Assembly (NCBI GenBank): GCA_965235115.1
Contig: OZ249436.1
Location: 52,516,001 to 52,580,000, forward strand
Source: Laetmonice hystrix
Lineage: Eukaryota
Length of the DNA stretch: 64,000 nt
Direction of reading: 5' to 3'
The notes below the pieces were generated by a model. It saw nothing but the letters and a program-made list of their open reading frames with translations. It did no database searches and was not told where the DNA came from. A program made the position numbers and the translations under genes. The first letter of the stretch is position 1. The number at the start of each line of letters is the position of its first letter. Positions 60,201 through 64,000 of this stretch are shown piece by piece.

Positions 60201-61789
60201 TTCCAAGTAACGAATCTCCAGGATCTGTCACCTTTTCTAAAGGGGAGGGGCAGACTTTTTAAGAATAGGCATTCATTAAAACTAATCTCGAAATTATTAC
60301 TTGAAATAACAACGTTACTTGAACAAAGGGGGCATCATTTATTCCAGTCAAATAGGTCTATAGAGCAGCACTGTTTCCCAAGCACTGAGACGTTCTGACG
60401 TCGCCCTACAAAGTCGCATTAATTCCGCTGTTTTTGAATTGAAAAATAAAGCTATGCTGGTGAAGGGGGTGAGCACATGGCCCCTGTGCCCCTTGGATCC
60501 GTGCCCGATCTCGAAGCAAGTTAAAGACAAAGATAAGTTTATCTTAACAAGTAAAAATATTGAAACGTCACAAGCAGGGCGTTTTGGGGACTTTCTACAG
60601 AGTACCACCGGGTAAATCCTCCGGCCCACGAGACGGGGGGGGGGGGGGGGGCTTTCCATGCTAATTGTACCATCGTCCGAATATTCGGAGGTTAGATAGT
60701 CTCCTTACCCTAACCCCCCTCCCCCCAAAAATATATTTTAATAGCTAATTAAATAACTAAATAGATATAAATGAATTACTAATATTATGGTTGGGACCCC
60801 CCCCCCCCCCGCCATCTCAGTTGGAACCCCCCCCCCCCCCCCCATATCTCAGTTCTGCCTACACCCCTGTCCTTAACCTCTGAATCCGCTATTACTCTTC
60901 CCGAATAAACATTAGCCGAAATGAAAAAGGCAACTTCGAAGTTCGAGTAAAATGCTGCTGGTTGACTTCGCTGCAGCTCTTTCGAAATAAAAGGTCCCAG
61001 AAATGGGTTCCCCCGAGCTGGCGTTGTTCCAGGGATGTGAATACGTAGGTAGGTATAGATTCGTTCGCGTTCGTTGTAATACAAGAAAACTATAGGTAAC
61101 GTCCTCATTTCGTCGACAATACGGTGAGTCACGATAGAACAACGGCACAACTGTTCGAGTAGGCCTACTAGAAAGTTCAGGGTTCTTTATGATATTTTGC
61201 CAAGAAAGCGAGGGTTAGTGTATAGAGAGGGGGAGAGTTACGCCCTGTTGGCAGTATTTTAACCATATTTAGTGCCATATTAAATAATTCCAATCAAGGG
61301 ACCTACTGCAACCCCGAGTCCAAGGGGCGCGATGATGACGATAAAGTGAGAAACCTGCCCCAGGGGCAATCCTTTACTCTTTTCTTACTGGGGAGTTCCC
61401 ATGCGTAAAATTGCATTGAAAGGATCCAAAAACATCTAGAGTGTGCCACCCAGATGATTCTGTGGTCCGACACTCGACCACTTGCCCATGCTAGCCCTTA
61501 CTGAGGATTAATCTTATCCCTGGTCCCCAAGGGCTATGTTGTGGGGAAGTGGGCCAGTGGCGGATTGCAGAACCATCTTTATGGCACAGATGGAGTTGGA
61601 GCCTTCCAGTATCGTTTCCCTAATTGAACCTCCCCTTCGATGTCATTAACGAGAATGACAAAATGCCCCTGTGAACTATATTTATATAGCTTTTACTGCT
61701 CGGAATCCGAAACTAGTCCGATATTGGTGAGTGAGGAACGGGAGTGGGAGCTAGGGGACCCGGTTTCAGTTACGACGCACTGCTATATA

Positions 61790-61930
61790 CAGGGTGTCCC
61801 AAAAACTATATTCAGGCTGGAATAGGCAACCTCAGAATCTATATTTCACCGGATCCTGAGAGAGAATCTTCTTACATGAAAAATAGTGTTTATTTCATCA
61901 AAATCATCAGTTATGTCATTTTTGGTTCAG
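61790..61930 (+). mobile_element. Tc1/mariner-like MITE left end; related copy at about 63885-64000
   Basis: TA|cagggtgtccc start; shares cctcagaatctat...aaatagt.tttatttcatcaaaatc with the window end; right TIR not found. Confidence 0.45.
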
Positions 61931-64000
61931 CAAAGTCCCAGCCTAGTTTATGAACCAGATCTGTTTATCTGAGTGCAAGAACTGGCCGTCCAATTTAGGA
62001 TTTAATTATTGATTGATTAATATTAGTGCCAATATATGAGAAGCCACAGACACCAAACTAACAGGCGTATGTCGTTAGAAATGAGCTATTATTTGCCGTC
62101 GACTTCCTGTGGCGGGAGGGACCCACCCCCGCATTCTGAGCTCGTCGTCACAAACCCCTTCATCAGCTCCCACAACCACTTTCTACAAGCTTTCTCAAGT
62201 TCGCAATCGCTTCTTCGTTCATTTGCTCGCTCAGAGCGTCCGGATTGCTTCCAGGTGAAAGGTTTCTTCTTCACTTCATCCTCATTACCACCCCCGCCCC
62301 TCGCCAATAAACTGGGGAGGGGGGGGGGGATTCCAACCCAGAATATGTTTGGAATGTTGTATTCCCGCACTGTGTCGACCCCCCCCCCCCCACGTGCAAT
62401 TCACCGAATCGCCCAGTCTACCTGAAGAGCCAAACTCTTAAATATTGATGACATCCGGGCACCTACTAGGGTTAATATACGGGAGTGTGCGGCGTGATGA
62501 TAACTAATTAGAGATATTACATATAATAACCAAGTCGTCAGTAATTTGGCCGTTCGCAAGCAATATTATTTATACCCATGTTCACTCTAATCAGTGCGTA
62601 GATCACGATGACATAAGACAGCTCCGATCGAACGTAACTAAAGTGGCCGACTCATCTCTCGCAAGCCTGACGCAATTTGTTAAAAATATGCATGGCTTGG
62701 AAATGAAGTGTTGCTCGGCCGCAGATCCTTCCAACAGGACGACCAGGTGGCTCTGCTGGGGGTCCGTGCAGTGCTGCCACCACACGCCCATATATCGACC
62801 TATACGCTCTCCCAGCAATCTCCAAAATTCGGCTACTTACCCGCACTCTGGTAACGTCCGTTTAATTGATGAACGCCGGATTAGAGGACATATCCGTGGG
62901 ACTTAATCGACTGTTGGCTCCAGAGAACCATTTGCCCCGTTCACCTCGCCAAGGAATGATATAATCCAATCATCACTAAGTGGCAAGCCGCACAGCTGTG
63001 GGCAACACTCTTCAGCCGTGGTCCTCTCAGCGCGGGTCGCAAATTTTGTCCATTGGCATCAGACGGATCGAGTGCCCAGCTATAGACCCCGCCACCAATA
63101 CTTGCCCCTGTGCACACACGTTACGTTACCATTCCAATTAGTGACTCCATGTGCAAAGCCTGAACTAATCATGATTTCATAATGAACCTCATTAATGGAA
63201 ACTTGTTTTTCTTTCTCCCCCGAAATGATGTTTCTTGGTATGTTCACACATTTCTAGGGATCCTGGGACAAACCTAGCAAGTCCACTTTGCCTCATTTTG
63301 AGAAAACTGGGACAAACAAACCATTCCATGTGTAGGACTATATGAAAGGGCAAAATCTAGAACTTTAGTCCAAAAATAAATCTAACTCAAATTGGACAAA
63401 AACTCGACTTACTAGGTTTTTCCAAATCACTGTAGAGACACAGCGTGCTGGGTTAGACCTATCCTGTAGGCGAATAGAGAGGGGGGATCTAGGGGGACAT
63501 AACCGCCCTTTAACAGTTCCCCCAACATATTTCAGCAAAATGGCGTAAAACCACAAAAACACTTATTCGACTAACACAGTTTCTTGACTTTACTCCTGTT
63601 GAACCCCTCTTTACCAACTTTACCATATACAGCATTACCCTCCTCTTCGCAATCCGCGCCACTGACGTTTTGTAAGTAAATCAGCGCAGTCGTTGCCACC
63701 TTCAGTAATGAGATATATCGTGGAACACGTTACATTTGTATACACAAATTAAAGGGGACAATATTCATGGTTAAAAAGGTATTTCTGTGTGTTGGCAGTT
63801 TCTCCTCTTGGGTGACTGATTTGCATAATTTCACTGCTTACTCAGTCGGTGAACTTGCGTTTTCTGAATACCATTGGAATACGCCCAGTGTCCCCCAAAA
63901 GATGTCCAGGCCACCTCAGAATCTATGTTTCCCCAGAACCTGATGGATAATCTTCTTTCGTGAGAAATAGTCTTTATTTCATCAAAATCGGTCAAACGAA

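Overview
Repeat-rich genomic DNA from an animal, most likely a marine invertebrate. The first 12 kb holds the 3' part of the ciliary intraflagellar-transport gene TTC26/IFT56 on the + strand: 11 internal exons plus two intact, diverged copies of the last coding exon (9420-9531 and 11192-11306), which look like alternative terminal exons. The rest is mostly transposon-derived. From about 28.7 to 50.5 kb there is a five-level nest: an outer foldback MITE contains a Harbinger-type MITE (TTA TSD), which contains a 15.2-kb non-autonomous DNA element (TAC..GTA ends, about 510-bp TIRs, 6-bp TSD, IS3EU-like), which contains a Helentron-type HINE, which contains an apparently full-length CR1/L2-group LINE (34577-39542, - strand). 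The most notable feature is the LINE's ORF1: an L1-type coiled-coil/RRM/CTD protein fused at its C-terminus to a complete NADAR (YbiA/DUF1768) N-glycosidase / ADP-ribosylhydrolase-family domain. Most long ORFs in the supplied track outside these genes are tandem-repeat artefacts. All family assignments come from motif recognition by eye; no database searches were run.
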